Part shown: positions 1 to 11,388 of the stretch, piece by piece
How positions within the stretch are numbered: the stretch's first letter is position 1
Layout of the letters: each line of letters begins with the position of its first letter
Origin: Chiloscyllium plagiosum
Lineage: Eukaryota
DNA length: 44,840 nucleotides
NCBI RefSeq assembly: GCF_004010195.1
Contig: NC_057717.1
Span: 105,372,770-105,417,609 of the forward strand
Direction of reading: 5' to 3'
Position numbers and translations under genes: made by a program
Notes under the pieces: model-generated
What the model saw: the letters and a program-made list of their open reading frames with translations, nothing else
Told to the model about the DNA's origin: nothing
Database searches by the model: none

Positions 1-1365
1 AGAAGGCAGGGGGGTGGCGCGGGTGGGGGAGGAAGTGGTGGTGACCACGGCAGTAGGGGTGGCGGAAGTAACTGAGCATATGGCATCAGCGATGATGTGA
101 GGGGTGGAAGTGATGTCACATGTGATGCATGAGGAATTGTGAGGGGTGGAAGTGGTTGGGGCAGTGGCCATAATGGGGGCGGAAGTGACATCATCAATCA
201 GCGTGGGGGTGGCAGCTGCATCAGCCACATGGCAATTGGCGTCTGCGTAGTTTCCGAGGCCGGGGGAATCTTCTGGAATGTTTGAGGAGTGCTGGTTATG
301 GAGGTGGGTAGATAAAAGTTTGTTGTACTTACAGTTTTTGATGTTTGAATGGAATTGAAATACTGTTTGTTGAGAGTATGAATTCTCCTGAGGATGTAGT
401 ACCAAGTGGGTCCTTTGCAATTCTGAGAGAATGTGGCCCGCAGCTGAGGCAGGGCTGACTGTAGAGAGGTTAGGTGCCGGCGCATTGCTGCGAGCGTGGA
501 GCAGAGGATCTTGAAGGAGAACCGTTGCTGGTGTTTTTGAATCTGTAGTCTGTACTAGTGCTCACCTTCCACCCTACTAACCTTCGCATAAACCAAATCA
601 TCCACCGACATTTACGCCACCTCCAAAAAGACCACACCACCAGGGATATATTTCCCTCCCCACCCCTTTCCGCCTTCCGCAAAGACCGTTTTACCTGCAC
701 ATCCACTAATATCATTTATTGTATCCGTTGCTCCCGATGCAGTCTCCTCTACATTGGGGAGACTGGGCGCCTCCTAGCAGATTGCTTTAGGGAACATCTC
801 CGGGACACCCGCACCAATCAACAACACCGCCCCGTGGCCCAACATTTCAACTCCCCCTCCCACTCTGCCGAGGACATGGAGGTCCGAGGCCTCCTTTACC
901 GCCGCTCGCTCACCACCAGACGCCTGGAGGAAGAACGCTTCATCTTCCGCCTCGGAACTCTTCAACCCCAGGGCATCAATGTGGACTTCAACAGTTTCCT
1001 CATTTCCCCTTCCCCCACCTCACCCTAGTTCCAAACTTCCAGCTCAGCACTGTCCCCATGACTTGTCCGGACTTGTCCTACCTGCCTATCTCCTTTTCCA
1101 CCTATCCACTCCACCTTCTCCTCCCTGACCTATCACCTTCATCTCCTCCCCCCCCCTATTGTACTCTATGCTACTTTCTCCCTACCCCCACCCTCCTCTA
1201 GCTTATCTCTCCACGCTTCAGGCTCTCTGCCTTTATTCCTGATGAAGGGCTTTTGCCCGAAATGTCGATTTTGCTGCTCCTTGGATGCTGCCTGAACTGC
1301 TGTGCTCTTCCAGCACCACTAATCCAGAATCTGGTTTCCAGCACCTGCAGTCATTGTTTTTACCT
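1..1365 (+). mobile_element. Penelope-like element, family A (Neptune-like): GIY-YIG endonuclease and 3' end on + (558-1365), preceded by a probably inverted 5' ORF segment on - (1-557)
   Basis: ORF 558-1028 contains NIIYCIRCSRCSLLYIGETG...FREH...VAQHF (GIY-YIG); hammerhead motif at 1239; closely similar copy at 39131-40250. Assignment of 1-557 to the same element is inferred. Confidence 0.85.
1236..1270 (+). ncRNA. Minimal type I hammerhead ribozyme motif, family A
   Basis: CTGATGA (1239-1245), A, stem II GGGC/TTTT/GCCC, GAAA, TGTC; predicted cleavage after 1266; very short stem I. Confidence 0.7.
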
Positions 1366-1817
1366 CGGAGGTTAAGGAAGGTGAACGACCAGTGAAATTT
1401 ATTGTGGACTGGTTGCCAAAATTCCTCAACTTGGAGGCTGGAATGAGAGGCTTGAAGATTGAGAGGGCTCACTTGGTCACAGAGCAGAGGTCAGGTCTGG
1501 ACCAATGTCCTTGTCCTGTATGGGTGAAGTTTCATCACTATAGAGATAAGGAGAGAATCGTGGAAGTTTCCAGAATCGAGGGGAAGGATCTGAAGGCCCT
1601 AGTTTATGTGGGCTCTAAGATCATGTTCTTCCAGGATTTTTCAGTGGCAGTGATCCGGAAAAGAAAATCCTGTGACGGCATCAAGAAAAGACTGAGGGAG
1701 CTTGGGATCCAGTATTCTCTGAGGTATCTGACGGTCCTTCAGATCACCTTAGATGGATCTGTACATCTCTTGTACACATCAGAGAAGTCAAGGCTCTTTG
1801 TGGATAAATTAACTTGA
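1366..1817 (+). mobile_element. L1-clade LINE ORF1p (Transposase_22-like RRM/CTD) fragment
   Basis: Motifs IERAH, VKFHHYRDKERI, KIMFFQDFS...RKRK and LRELGIQYSLRY; 5'-truncated. Confidence 0.85.
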
Positions 1818-2176
1818 TCTGAACAATTTAGTATGTATAAATAATAGTGTTGGTTGGGTATATCTCTACCTCTCTTTAAAAAAAAAGTCCAGTCAGGTCT
1901 TTCTTTTCCTTTTTTTTATTGATAACAATCTGGTCTAAAATATGATGTCTTTTTATCAGTTAGCGCAGAAATACGAACTATCTAGCAGGGACCTCTTTCG
2001 TTTTTTTCAAGTTAGGGATTTTATTCAAAAATGACTACACTTTTGACTGATCCCTACAAATCTACATAGAAAAGAGGGTGCTCAGTGCTATGAGTACACT
2101 TTCTGTCAGCACTTTATATCAATAAAAATGTACTTTAAAAAAATGAACATTATGTCTTTGTTATTGTCAACCATAG

Positions 2177-2314
2177 AAGTTGAAACTAGAGGACGCAACT
2201 CACTCCATTCTTACCTGGTCATAACACTAAGTTGGACCACAACTAGACTCCTGCTCAATTTCAGTCTGTTCACGATGGACCGAGTTGACATCCTGGAGGA
2301 AAATCGATGGAAAG
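2177..2314 (+). CDS. Candidate penultimate coding exon of an unidentified upstream gene (EVETRGRNSLHSYLVITLSWTTTRLLLNFSLFTMDRVDILEENRWK)
   Basis: Acceptor ttattgtcaaccatag, donor AAG|GTGAGA, 138 nt, phase 1-1; only one frame is open; non-repetitive sequence. Confidence 0.55.
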
Positions 2315-4070
2315 GTGAGATTCTTTTGTTTTAATTTTCTAATCAACCTGTTCAGAGATGTTATCACACATCTCCGGAACAGGTGGGACTTGAACTCGGT
2401 CCAGAAGCAGGGACATAGCATACCAGTGTGTCACAAAACCCCATATGGGATGACTTGAATCTTACCTTAAGTGAATTAGTTTATAAGAATTTGCTTTAAA
2501 TACTAGCCTATTTAACCTTTTATTTTGTCCAAATGGATGATTTATTTGGGTTAGATTAACAGTCTAAATTTCAAAAGCATCCGTACAAGTTACAGAAGTA
2601 TATGGTTAGCTGAGATACCAGGCAATACTACTTATTGCAGAATATCAGTGACCTTCCAAATATGCTTTGAATATTTGGTCTTTTTTATTTGCTGACTTCC
2701 AGAATTCCATAGCAAACTACTTGCTGATATCTTGTCCCTCTGCCTTTACGCTAACTACACAATCCTTATTCACTTCAACATCCTCCTATATTTTCTTGGA
2801 TCACTACCTTCTGCTATCCCATTTCTACTTCTCCTCCTTCAAAACATAAAGAGTGCATTTTTTTTGTCACGATCAAAATAACTGCTCCAACTTTCCTTGC
2901 CACCACCCCACTTACCAGTCTGTTTGCCCACTGGATCTGCATTATTCCCTTTCAGAATGAGCTCCCAGCAAAAACAGAAGCCCTCTGCCCTTTACCCAAT
3001 CCTTAAGCCACCTGTTCAAAACATATTCTGTCTTTCACCAAGCCTTGAGTTACTTATACTGAATTCTGTCATTTCTTATTCATTATCTTTTGGGAGCAAA
3101 GAACAACAATTTGAGATCATCATATTTTTGCAACCCATCATTGGTAATCCCAGACATTTTAATTATTGCAAATAAACACATTCTGGAGTAGATTGGAGGT
3201 TATTTAGTGTTTGTTGGTTGACGGACATTTGTAAATTTTTCGAACCATAAGATCATAAGATAAAGGAGCAGAAGTAAGCCATTTGGCCTATCAAGTCTTT
3301 GACTTCTGGTCAGAAGAAACCAGCATGAAGCCAATAGCTTTTATTAATTTTTTTTGACAGTTGACAGTTTGAAGTGAGCTTGATGCGTGCTAGATACAGA
3401 TTTTACCATACGTGGGTAAATGGGCTGTGCAGTAGTCAGAACAGAGGGTAATCAGTAAATAGTGATAGTGAGCAGGAATCAGAGAATCCCTACACGCAGG
3501 AAGAGGCCATTCTAGGGACCCAGGTTCGATTCCAGCCTTGAGTGACTGTCTATGTTATGGACTAGGCCTGACACTCAAAACATTCTTAAGCAGGCAACCC
3601 AGATCATAACTTTGCAATTTGTTTTGGTAAGTGTACAGTGAAAATTACCCAAAGTAAGTTAGCTAGGTTGACTATCAGATTTTTAAACAGACAAAAATTT
3701 ATTCACAAAATTACAGAATGAAACAAAAAGAACAGATTAAAGAATATCTACAGAACTCAGCTCGACTTAACTATGCTGTTCTGAATATGCACAACAGTCC
3801 CAATAAACAAACACATTAACACAGAGCAAAAAAAATCAGAGAATCCCTACATGCAGAAAAAGGTCATTCAGCCATTCTGCACTGACCGTCCAAACTGCAT
3901 CCTACCCTATCCCTGTAACCCATAACTAATTCACCCCAGCCTGCATAACCCTAACACCAAAGGGCAATTTAGCAATGCCAATCCACCTAACCTGCAATCT
4001 TTGGATTGTGGGAGGAAACTGGAGTACCCAGAGGAAACCCATGCATACATAGAATTTGCAGACTTCACAC

Positions 4071-5245
4071 TGTCACAAAGCTGGTCCTTTTTCTAAAAGC
4101 TATTCTCAAGGATACTGTGTCCTTTATTTTGTTCAGAGGGGTCATAAAACACTCTGGGCTCCAAAACAGCTGGGTTTGGTACAGAGATAAAAGGGTATTG
4201 AGAAGCCTTTTTGTTTATATGTAACAGATGAGACTTTAGGCCAAAGCTTTTATGTTTATAAGTGACCTGTATAATGAAAGGTGAGTGGCCAGTCCTGGAA
4301 ACTGAAGTTAATTTAGAGCAGTGGGCTGTGTGGAAACAGGCTGCTAAATTCTCTCTCCTTCTGCCATTCTAAGTTCAACCTGTAGGCATTTGTTTCATTT
4401 TTTGCTCTGTGTTTAAGGGGTTTATTTATTGGGATTGTTGTGCATATTCAGAACAGCATAATTAAGTCTAGCTTGGATAGACTGAGTTATAGAGTCATAG
4501 AGATGTACAGCATGGAAACAGACCCTTCGGTCCAACCTGTCCATGCCAACCAGATATCCCAACCCAATCTAGTCCCACCTACCAGCACCCGGCCCATATC
4601 CATCCAAACCCTTCCTATTCATATGCCCATCCAATTGTACCAGCCTCCACCCCTTCTTCTGGCAGCGCATTCCATACATGTACCACCCTCTGCGTGAAAA
4701 AGTTGCCCCTTAGGTCTCTTTCATATCTTTCCCCTCTCACCCTAAACCTATGACCTCTAATTCTGGACTCCCCAACCGATAGGAAGGAGACCAGAATTGC
4801 ACACAATATTCCAACAGTAGCCTAACCAATGTCCTGTACAGCCGCAACATGACCTCCCCACTCCTGTACTCAATACTCTGATCAATAAAGGAAAGCATAC
4901 CAAATGCCTTCTTCACTATCCTATCTACGTGCAACTCCACTTTCAAGGAGCTATGAACCTGCACTCCAAGATATCTTTGTTCAGCAACACTCCCTAGGAC
5001 CTTACCATTAAGTGTATAAGTCCTGCTAAGATTTGCTTCAGTTCTCTAGGTACTCTTTATTCCGTTCTATGTGTTTCATTCTGTAATTTTGTGAATAAAT
5101 TTTTGTCTGTTTTAAAATCTGGTAGTCAACCTAGCTAATTTACTTCGGGTAATTTTCACTGTACACTTACCAAACCAAATTGCAAAGTTACGATCTGGGC
5201 TGCCTGCTTAAGAATGTTTCAAGTGGTCTGGTCTCGTCCATAACA
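4071..5245 (+). mobile_element. Putative solo LTR (TGTCAC...TAACA) interrupted by a CR1 fragment
   Basis: TG...CA ends; AATAAA near 5094; inserted in a SINE; no clear TSD found. Confidence 0.6.
4487..5038 (-). mobile_element. CR1/HER1-type LINE 3' fragment
   Basis: The - strand ORFs give MLRLYRTLVR..LEYCVQFWSPSY and RGHRFRVRGERY..DLRGNFFTQRVV; tail-like ctctatgactctat. Confidence 0.9.
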
Positions 5246-5852
5246 CAGACAGTCACTCAAGACTAGAATCGAACCTGGGTCCCTAGTGCTCTGTGGCTAA
5301 CAACTGAGCCACTGTGCCACCCCATAATGAGTGGAGAAATAATTCCAGAACTATACCACGTGTGTCAAACATGATGTATCTGGGCTGGCAGCATCTGTGG
5401 AAAAAAGCAGAGTTAATGTTTCTGGGGAAGGGCCTTTGGATTGAAATGTTAACTCTGATTTATCTCCACAAATGCTGCCAGACCTGCTGAACTTTTCCAG
5501 CAATTTTTGTCTTTGTTTCTAATTTACAGCATGCCCAGATCTTTTGGTTTTTATGAAGTATCTGAGAGTTCATTACACGAATTCTCTGTAGTCACATATG
5601 CCTGATGGAATACTGCATTCAACAAGTATAAGTCCCTCATAGCCATCTACTGGTCACAGGGTGCAAAGCAAATGATTGAAGGTGAATAAATTGACTTGTG
5701 ACATTTTGCATTATGCCATTTTTAAAAATTCTGTTCTTTCCCCCCATTCGATCTCTTGCTGGTTCATTGCTATTAAATTGTGGTGCATTAGGTGGATTAC
5801 ATACTCCTCTATGAGCTGCTGTAAGTAAATGATGTCAGTTTGTATCCTACAG

Positions 5853-5947
5853 ATGTTTTACCTGATGCAGCGATAGTTACAGTATATTATCTTCCATATA
5901 GGCATGGACGTATTGGAATTGAAGAATCAAAAAGTTATTTAATATAG
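5853..5947 (+). CDS. Candidate terminal coding exon of the same gene (DVLPDAAIVTVYYLPYRHGRIGIEESKSYLI*)
   Basis: Acceptor tttgtatcctacag; phase 1 joins 2314 in frame (G|AT = Asp); TAG at 5945-5947; AATAAA at 6641 and 6846 downstream. Confidence 0.5.
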
Positions 5948-7660
5948 CTAATTATCATGTCCAAACATTGCATTCTTTGGGCATTTAAGTGTCTGAGCTA
6001 ATATTAGCGTACAACAAAGGAGCATGTTTCCAGTACCACATGATATTTCAAGTGATCCAAGGTAAGGTGGAGTATGAGTACTTTATACTCTTGGGTCACA
6101 TGCTGTGATGCAATGGCGATATCATGAGCATGTCTCTTAATGACATATTAACTGTGAGCAACAGTAGTCCGCAACAGATTTCAGTCAAGTAGATATAAAA
6201 ACAATGCTGGTTTCTTTGTTTTCTCTTCTCTATCTCATCATCTCTATTTCTCCAAAGATTGTCTCTCTTTTTCTGTTTTGAATGCCACCTTGTGCCATGA
6301 TCATTGATACTGATGGAAGAGGTGCCGTGCCATACCATTGGTTCCTAATATAGTCTTCAATCTCCCCAAAACCTGATAATCTTCACATAACTGAAGTAGG
6401 CATTTGTGAAAGATTAGCAGCCTTTAGTAACCCTTCATTCCAGAGTAAACACTAGTAATCTTAAAAACATAAACTGAAACTCCATCATAGCAGTTTGGAA
6501 ATAGAAAGCAACAATGCAGCTGTTAGACTGTCGTAAACCAATTAGTCACTGAAGGAAAGCTGTTGTCCTTAACCTAGTGTGAACACTAAAAATGTTCACT
6601 CTATCAGACCTACCCCATTTCAGAGCAGACAGAGATTGGTAATAAATGCCACCTTTAAAAAGGGCAGGGTGTCAGCATTCGGGGAATCAAAAACAAAACC
6701 AGCCTTGAACAAGAGAACCCATTCTTGTTTCTTAAGACATCATGTACACACTCTGGAAATAGCTGCAGAATGCGATATTTGCTAAAAGGTCATTTGAAGT
6801 ACAAGATCTATAATTTTCATTGAAGTTTATTAATGCAGTTAGCTAAATAAATATCACACACAAATTAAAAGGATTCTTCATAGCTGCATCTTGAAAAAGC
6901 TGACTGTCCTGAGGGCAGAGATGCTTCATAGTGTCAAACAACATTGAAAAATTAATTATTCCTCGAACTCATCTATTTGAATCATTCCAGTTAATGAGTA
7001 TAACTCTATGTAGAACAAAATAAGAAAAGATCAGTTTAAACCTCAATAACCAATCTTTCAATTGTGATAAAATTTATGAAAACTATCAAAATGAAAAGCT
7101 ATAATATTTTTATCTGAACTGCCTACTAATTTATTGCCAGTCTAGCTTCAAAGTAAGCCAGTTTACTTGTGAATCTTCCAGTTTCATAACCCAGATATAT
7201 GGTGCATTTATCCAATGAGTGATCAAGAATAATTAGATAACTTACTGTTTCATCAGTACTATTCAACTGAAGTTTAGCAGAGACACCTTTACTTTTTATT
7301 TTACCATTTTTCCATTGGAAAGATCCTTGCCATTTCTCTTGTAGTATGGTTGAGACTACTAGCAATATCCAGCATCCTAGATTCTAACTTATTTTGGAGC
7401 ACAGTACTTCTAGTAACTGGATTAAATCCCAAAGCTAAAAATATTTGTTTTGTTTATTGAGTGATTCTGTGCATGTTTCCAGTTCCATTTTATTCTCCCA
7501 CTAAAGACAGACTGTCAATTTTAAATGTCTACATTTCAAAAAGATAAGAAAGGAAATTCAGTTCAAATGAATTGCAATATTAAAAATTATTTTTATTGCA
7601 CATATTTCAGAGGGCACTTAAAGAAAAATTCTAGACTGACATGTGAAATATAACAAAATA

Positions 7661-8262
7661 TGGATGTAAGTTTGCTTGCTAAGCTGGAAGGTTCATTTTC
7701 AGATGTTTCATCACCATACTAGGTAACATCATCAGTAAGCCTCCGGTGAAGCACTGGTGATATGACCTGCTTTCTTTATATTCTGGATCAGTGGTGCTGG
7801 AAGAGCACAGCAATTCAGGTTCAGATGTTTCATCACCATACTAGGTAACATCATCAGTAAGCCTCCGGTGAAGCACTGGTGATATGACCTGCTTTCTTTA
7901 TATGTTTACCTAAACACAAAAATAGAAAGCGGATCATAACACTGCTTCACCAGAGGCCCACTGATTATGTTCCCTAATATGGTGATGAAAACGTGATGCT
8001 GCCTGAATTGCTGTGCTCTTCCAGCACCACTGATCCAGAATCTGGTTTCCAGCATCTGCAGTCATTGTTTTTACCTGCTTTCTTTATATGTTTACCTAAA
8101 CACAAAAATAGAAAGCGGATCATAACATTGCTTCACCGGAGGCCCACTGATTATGTTCCCTAATATGGTGATGAAAACGTCTGAAAACGAACCTTACAGC
8201 TCAGCGAGCAAACTTACATCCAGAACCTCAATCTGATCTACAAATCTTGCAAAACTCACTAA
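7661..8262. mobile_element. Inverted pair of PLE family B terminal repeats with a nested composite insertion (7781-8072)
   Basis: Hammerhead-like motifs on - (7698-7739, 7820-7861) and + (about 7961 and 8147); 16-bp TSD ACCTGCTTTCTTTATA at 7765-7780 and 8073-8088. Confidence 0.85.
7698..7739 (-). ncRNA. Minimal type I hammerhead ribozyme motif, family B (duplicated at 7820-7861)
   Basis: The - strand reads CTTA-CTGATGA-T-GTTACC-TAGTAT-GGTGAT-GAAA-CATC-TGAA. Confidence 0.65.
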
Positions 8263-8914
8263 TAACTAAATATGTGGAGAATAAACATCATGGTGGATTA
8301 CTACACTGCCCTTTCAATTCTGGTATCTTACTGAAGCCCAGATGTGTCCCATGTAAAATAGCCTTTGTTTTTAATGTCACCTGAAGATATACCTCCATGT
8401 TAAAATGACAATCTTTTATGCAAACAACTGGCTAATTGTGATGCATCTGCAATGGTGTCACATCAAAATGATCCTTGCTCACCAAATGTCCCAAAGAAAG
8501 ATTTTCTCATCCTTAGATAGTTATCAGGAACATGAGAGCAGACTGAATTAAAGATCAAGAAAGATTACAGGGAGTTATTTCTAGAGCAGCGGATTTCTCC
8601 CTGGTGTTTTGACCAGTATGTATTCGACAAACAACATTTAAAAAACTGACTGGACAGCATCACTTTCTTGTTTGTGAGAGCTTGCTGTGCACACATTTTG
8701 CATATTGTACAGGACTACATTGAAAATACAGTGAATTAAGCAGTTTCAAAGTTAAGTGCTCTGGGAACTCCAGTGGCTGTGAAAGTCCTATGAAAATGCA
8801 AGCTGTTTAATTAATCAAATCGCTTTTTCGCCTCCCAAATCATAAAGGCACTTTCTTTCTCTTGCTCAACCACCTGTTTGGTTTCTACTTGTTGCAGTGT
8901 CTCAAGACTTTATA

Positions 8915-10820
8915 AAATATAGAAACTAAGAGCAGTCAAAGGTCATTTGGCCCTCGAAGCTTGGTCCACAGTTCGACATGAACATGGCTGATTATCTATC
9001 TCAATACTACATCCCTGTTTTCACCCCATAATCTTTGATGCTTTGAAAAGCTAAAAACAAATCCATCATCTGCTTGAAAAAATTCAGTGACTTGACCACC
9101 ACAGCCTTCTGACAGAGAATTCAGTCAGATCCTCTCTCAACATTCTAAATTCTAATGAATACAGATCCAGTCAAACCAATCTCCTTCATGGGATATTCCT
9201 GCTATCCCTGGTCTTCCTGAAGAAGAGTTATACCCAAAACGACGACTTCTCCACCTCCTGGTGCTGCCTAGCTTGTTGTGTTCTTCCAGTCTCCTACTTG
9301 TCTATTTTGGATTCCAGCATCTGCAGTTTTTTTTTAAATTGCTGGTATCAGCCTAGTGTACCACTGCCACACCTTCCCACTGCAAGTATATTCTTTCTTA
9401 GGTAGAGACTAAAACTCCAGGTATGGTCTCACCAAGGCCCTGTACAACTGCAGTAAGACATCCCTACATCTGAACTCAAACCCCCTTGCAATGAAAATTA
9501 ATATACCATTTGCCTGTCTAATTGTTTGCTTCACCTGCCAGTCTACTTCCATTGACTTGTGTAGAAAGACACCCTACTCCAGATGTCTTTAGAATTTTGG
9601 AAGGTGGCCACCAATGCATCCAATATTTCCTTTAGTATACTTGGATGTGAATCATCAGGCCCTGATGACTTGTCAAACTTGTGGGATATAAATGAATTAA
9701 TGTTGTTTCTGCAAGTATAAATTCTGATACAGAACAGGAATGAGAAAATACATATTCAGCAAAAAGAAAGGATATGTTAGCATGAGACGTGAATACAGAA
9801 CAATGGTGGATATATGGGCAAACAGGAAAACATCTGTTCTCCTCGCTTGCACAGAGATACAGGAACAAACCCTAATTAAAGAGGTCAAAGTGGCCTCTGG
9901 ATGGAAATAGATGCTGATAGAAGAAAAGATATGCCTAATCAATAACCTACGGTAGACTGACGTCAAACACCCTTATGGGAGTCAGAGATAAGAGTTTGTC
10001 ACGGACAAGACAGGATAAACAGAAGTTGTGGGATCAGTCTTAAGGAAATGAGTGACGTAAGCGAAGCAGGGAACAAACAATGGAATAAGGAAAACATATG
10101 GGAAAAGAAACTGTATAAATTGTAAGGGTTTTTTGGGATATAGTGTGCATTTTGTCATTACCTTACCTGGTAATTAGACAAAGCACCTACCTATAGGTGT
10201 ACAAATAAATGGCTGACTCAGATATTCGTCTCGGACTGAAATTATTAAAGTGAGTGAGCTTTTGTTTCTCACAAACTTTAACCTCATTAATTTCCTCAGC
10301 ACCATTTTCTTATTAATATGGTTTCCTTCAATTCCTCCCTCTCACTGCCTCCTGGTTTTGCAACATTTCAAGAGCTGTTATTTGCGCCCTCTTTTGTGAA
10401 GACAGGACCTAAGTAGCATGTTCAATTCTTCTTCCATCTCTTTGTTCCCCATTTTAAATTCCTCAGCCTCTGGTTGTAACTGACCTACATTTGTCTTGTA
10501 CTCTTTTTGTCTTCACATATTTTCTAAGTTTTTAATGCCCAATTTCTATCTTGATTGCATTTTTACTCTCGTATTTTCCCCTCGTCCTCTTTGCTGAATT
10601 TCTAAACTGTTATAGTCCTCAGGTTTGCTGACTTTTTTCTGGCAATTTTATCGTTTCCACTTTGGATCTAATGCCACGTCTAATTTAACTTTTGAGAGTC
10701 ACGGTTCCTCTTTTATATTTGCGCCAGACAGGAATTAGTAATTCTATTTCATGCACACGTTCTTTAAACATGAACCATTGCCTATGCCCTCTGAACTCTT
10801 CGTAAGGCTACCCAATCCAT
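8915..10820 (-). mobile_element. Decayed CR1-like LINE interrupted by a PLE remnant (about 9213-9340) and a solo LTR
   Basis: CR1-type 3' UTR and RT remnants, e.g. ccaggtatggtctcaccaaggccctgtacaactgcag. Confidence 0.6.
9680..10273 (+). mobile_element. Solo LTR, 594 bp
   Basis: Ends TGTGGGA...TCTCACA; 4-bp TSD AACT at 9676-9679 and 10274-10277; TATAAA at 10114, AATAAA at 10204. Confidence 0.85.
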
Positions 10821-11032
10821 CTCTGCGAATTCGCATTTCAAAACTTATACAACCTCCAATTCCCTACTGGTTCCTCACTGGCCAGTCCTTGTGTTGGCGG
10901 TGTGTGTAAACCTGCAGTTCCCACCTACGTGTTGCTTTCCCAATGGTCCCTGAGATCTTGCGCAGGTCCCGACCCACTCTCTTCCTATCGCGTCCGCTTC
11001 CCTTCCTCTGCTCCTCTCCCCCCTCCCTATCA

Positions 11033-11117
11033 CTTTCGCGTCCGCTTTCCCCGCGAGGGCGGCTGCTCCTTTCGCGTCCGCTTTCCCCGCGAGGGCGGCT
11101 GCTCCTTTCGCGTCCGC
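11033..11117 (+). repeat. 36-bp tandem repeat, 2 perfect copies plus a partial (CTTTCGCGTCCGCTTTCCCCGCGAGGGCGGCTGCTC)
   Basis: Units at 11033-11068 and 11069-11104, partial at 11105-11117. Confidence 0.95.
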
Positions 11118-11176
11118 CTTTCCTTCTATATTTATTGCCCGCTTCCTCAAGCTCTTTCACGTCCGCTTCAGTCCCC

Positions 11177-11200
11177 CCTCCGCCTCCGCCTCCGCCTCCG
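11177..11200 (+). repeat. (CCTCCG)4 hexamer repeat upstream of the start codon
   Basis: Read directly from the sequence. Confidence 0.9.
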
Positions 11201-11337
11201 GCTCTTACGTGCCGCCGACCGGGCTCGTACCCGTTGCCTGGCGCGCTGAGACGTGGCAATCGGGCACGCGGCGCAGTCTCGCCTTCGCCCATCCCCCTTT
11301 TCTTCCCCCGCCCCGCGCCCGGAGTAGATACACCGAG

Positions 11338-11388
11338 ATGTCGGTGCAGTCTGATGTGATGGGGACCGCCGAGGACCTCGCTGACCAG
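11338..11388 (+). CDS. SURF4: SURF4-family ER cargo receptor, coding exon 1 (MSVQSDVMGTAEDLADQ)
   Basis: ATG at 11338 inside a CpG island; donor CAG|GTTAGC at 11388/11389, phase 0; resembles the SURF4 N-terminus MGQNDLMGTAEDFADQ. Confidence 0.93.

Larger units (their letters stand above)
3834..5321 (-). mobile_element. tRNA-derived SINE (HE1-like) split by a solo LTR; pieces at 3834-4070 and 5246-5321
   Basis: Same family as the SINEs at 30206 and 43348; the SINE consensus resumes after 5245 (cagacagtcac...gaacctgggtccct). Confidence 0.75.

Noticed and set aside
558..1028. GIY-YIG ORF as a domesticated nuclease gene
   Set aside because: No ATG start, internally deleted relative to the copy at 39465-40283, and embedded in a multicopy PLE.
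2215..2292. 78-nt minus-strand exon candidate (cctccag|...CAG|gtaag; MSTRSIVNRLKLSRSLVVVQLSVMT)
   Set aside because: The splice sites look good, but it overlaps the better-supported + strand exon and I found no convincing in-frame partner exons; an antisense transcript is not excluded.
7246..8380. Possible minus-strand exons (about 7246-7376 and 8332-8380) of a divergent gene
   Set aside because: Weak acceptors, no recognisable protein and ambiguous frame.
11033..11117. 36-bp repeats here and at 21430-21501 as a CRISPR-like array
   Set aside because: Head-to-tail duplications without spacers, in vertebrate DNA, with no cas genes.
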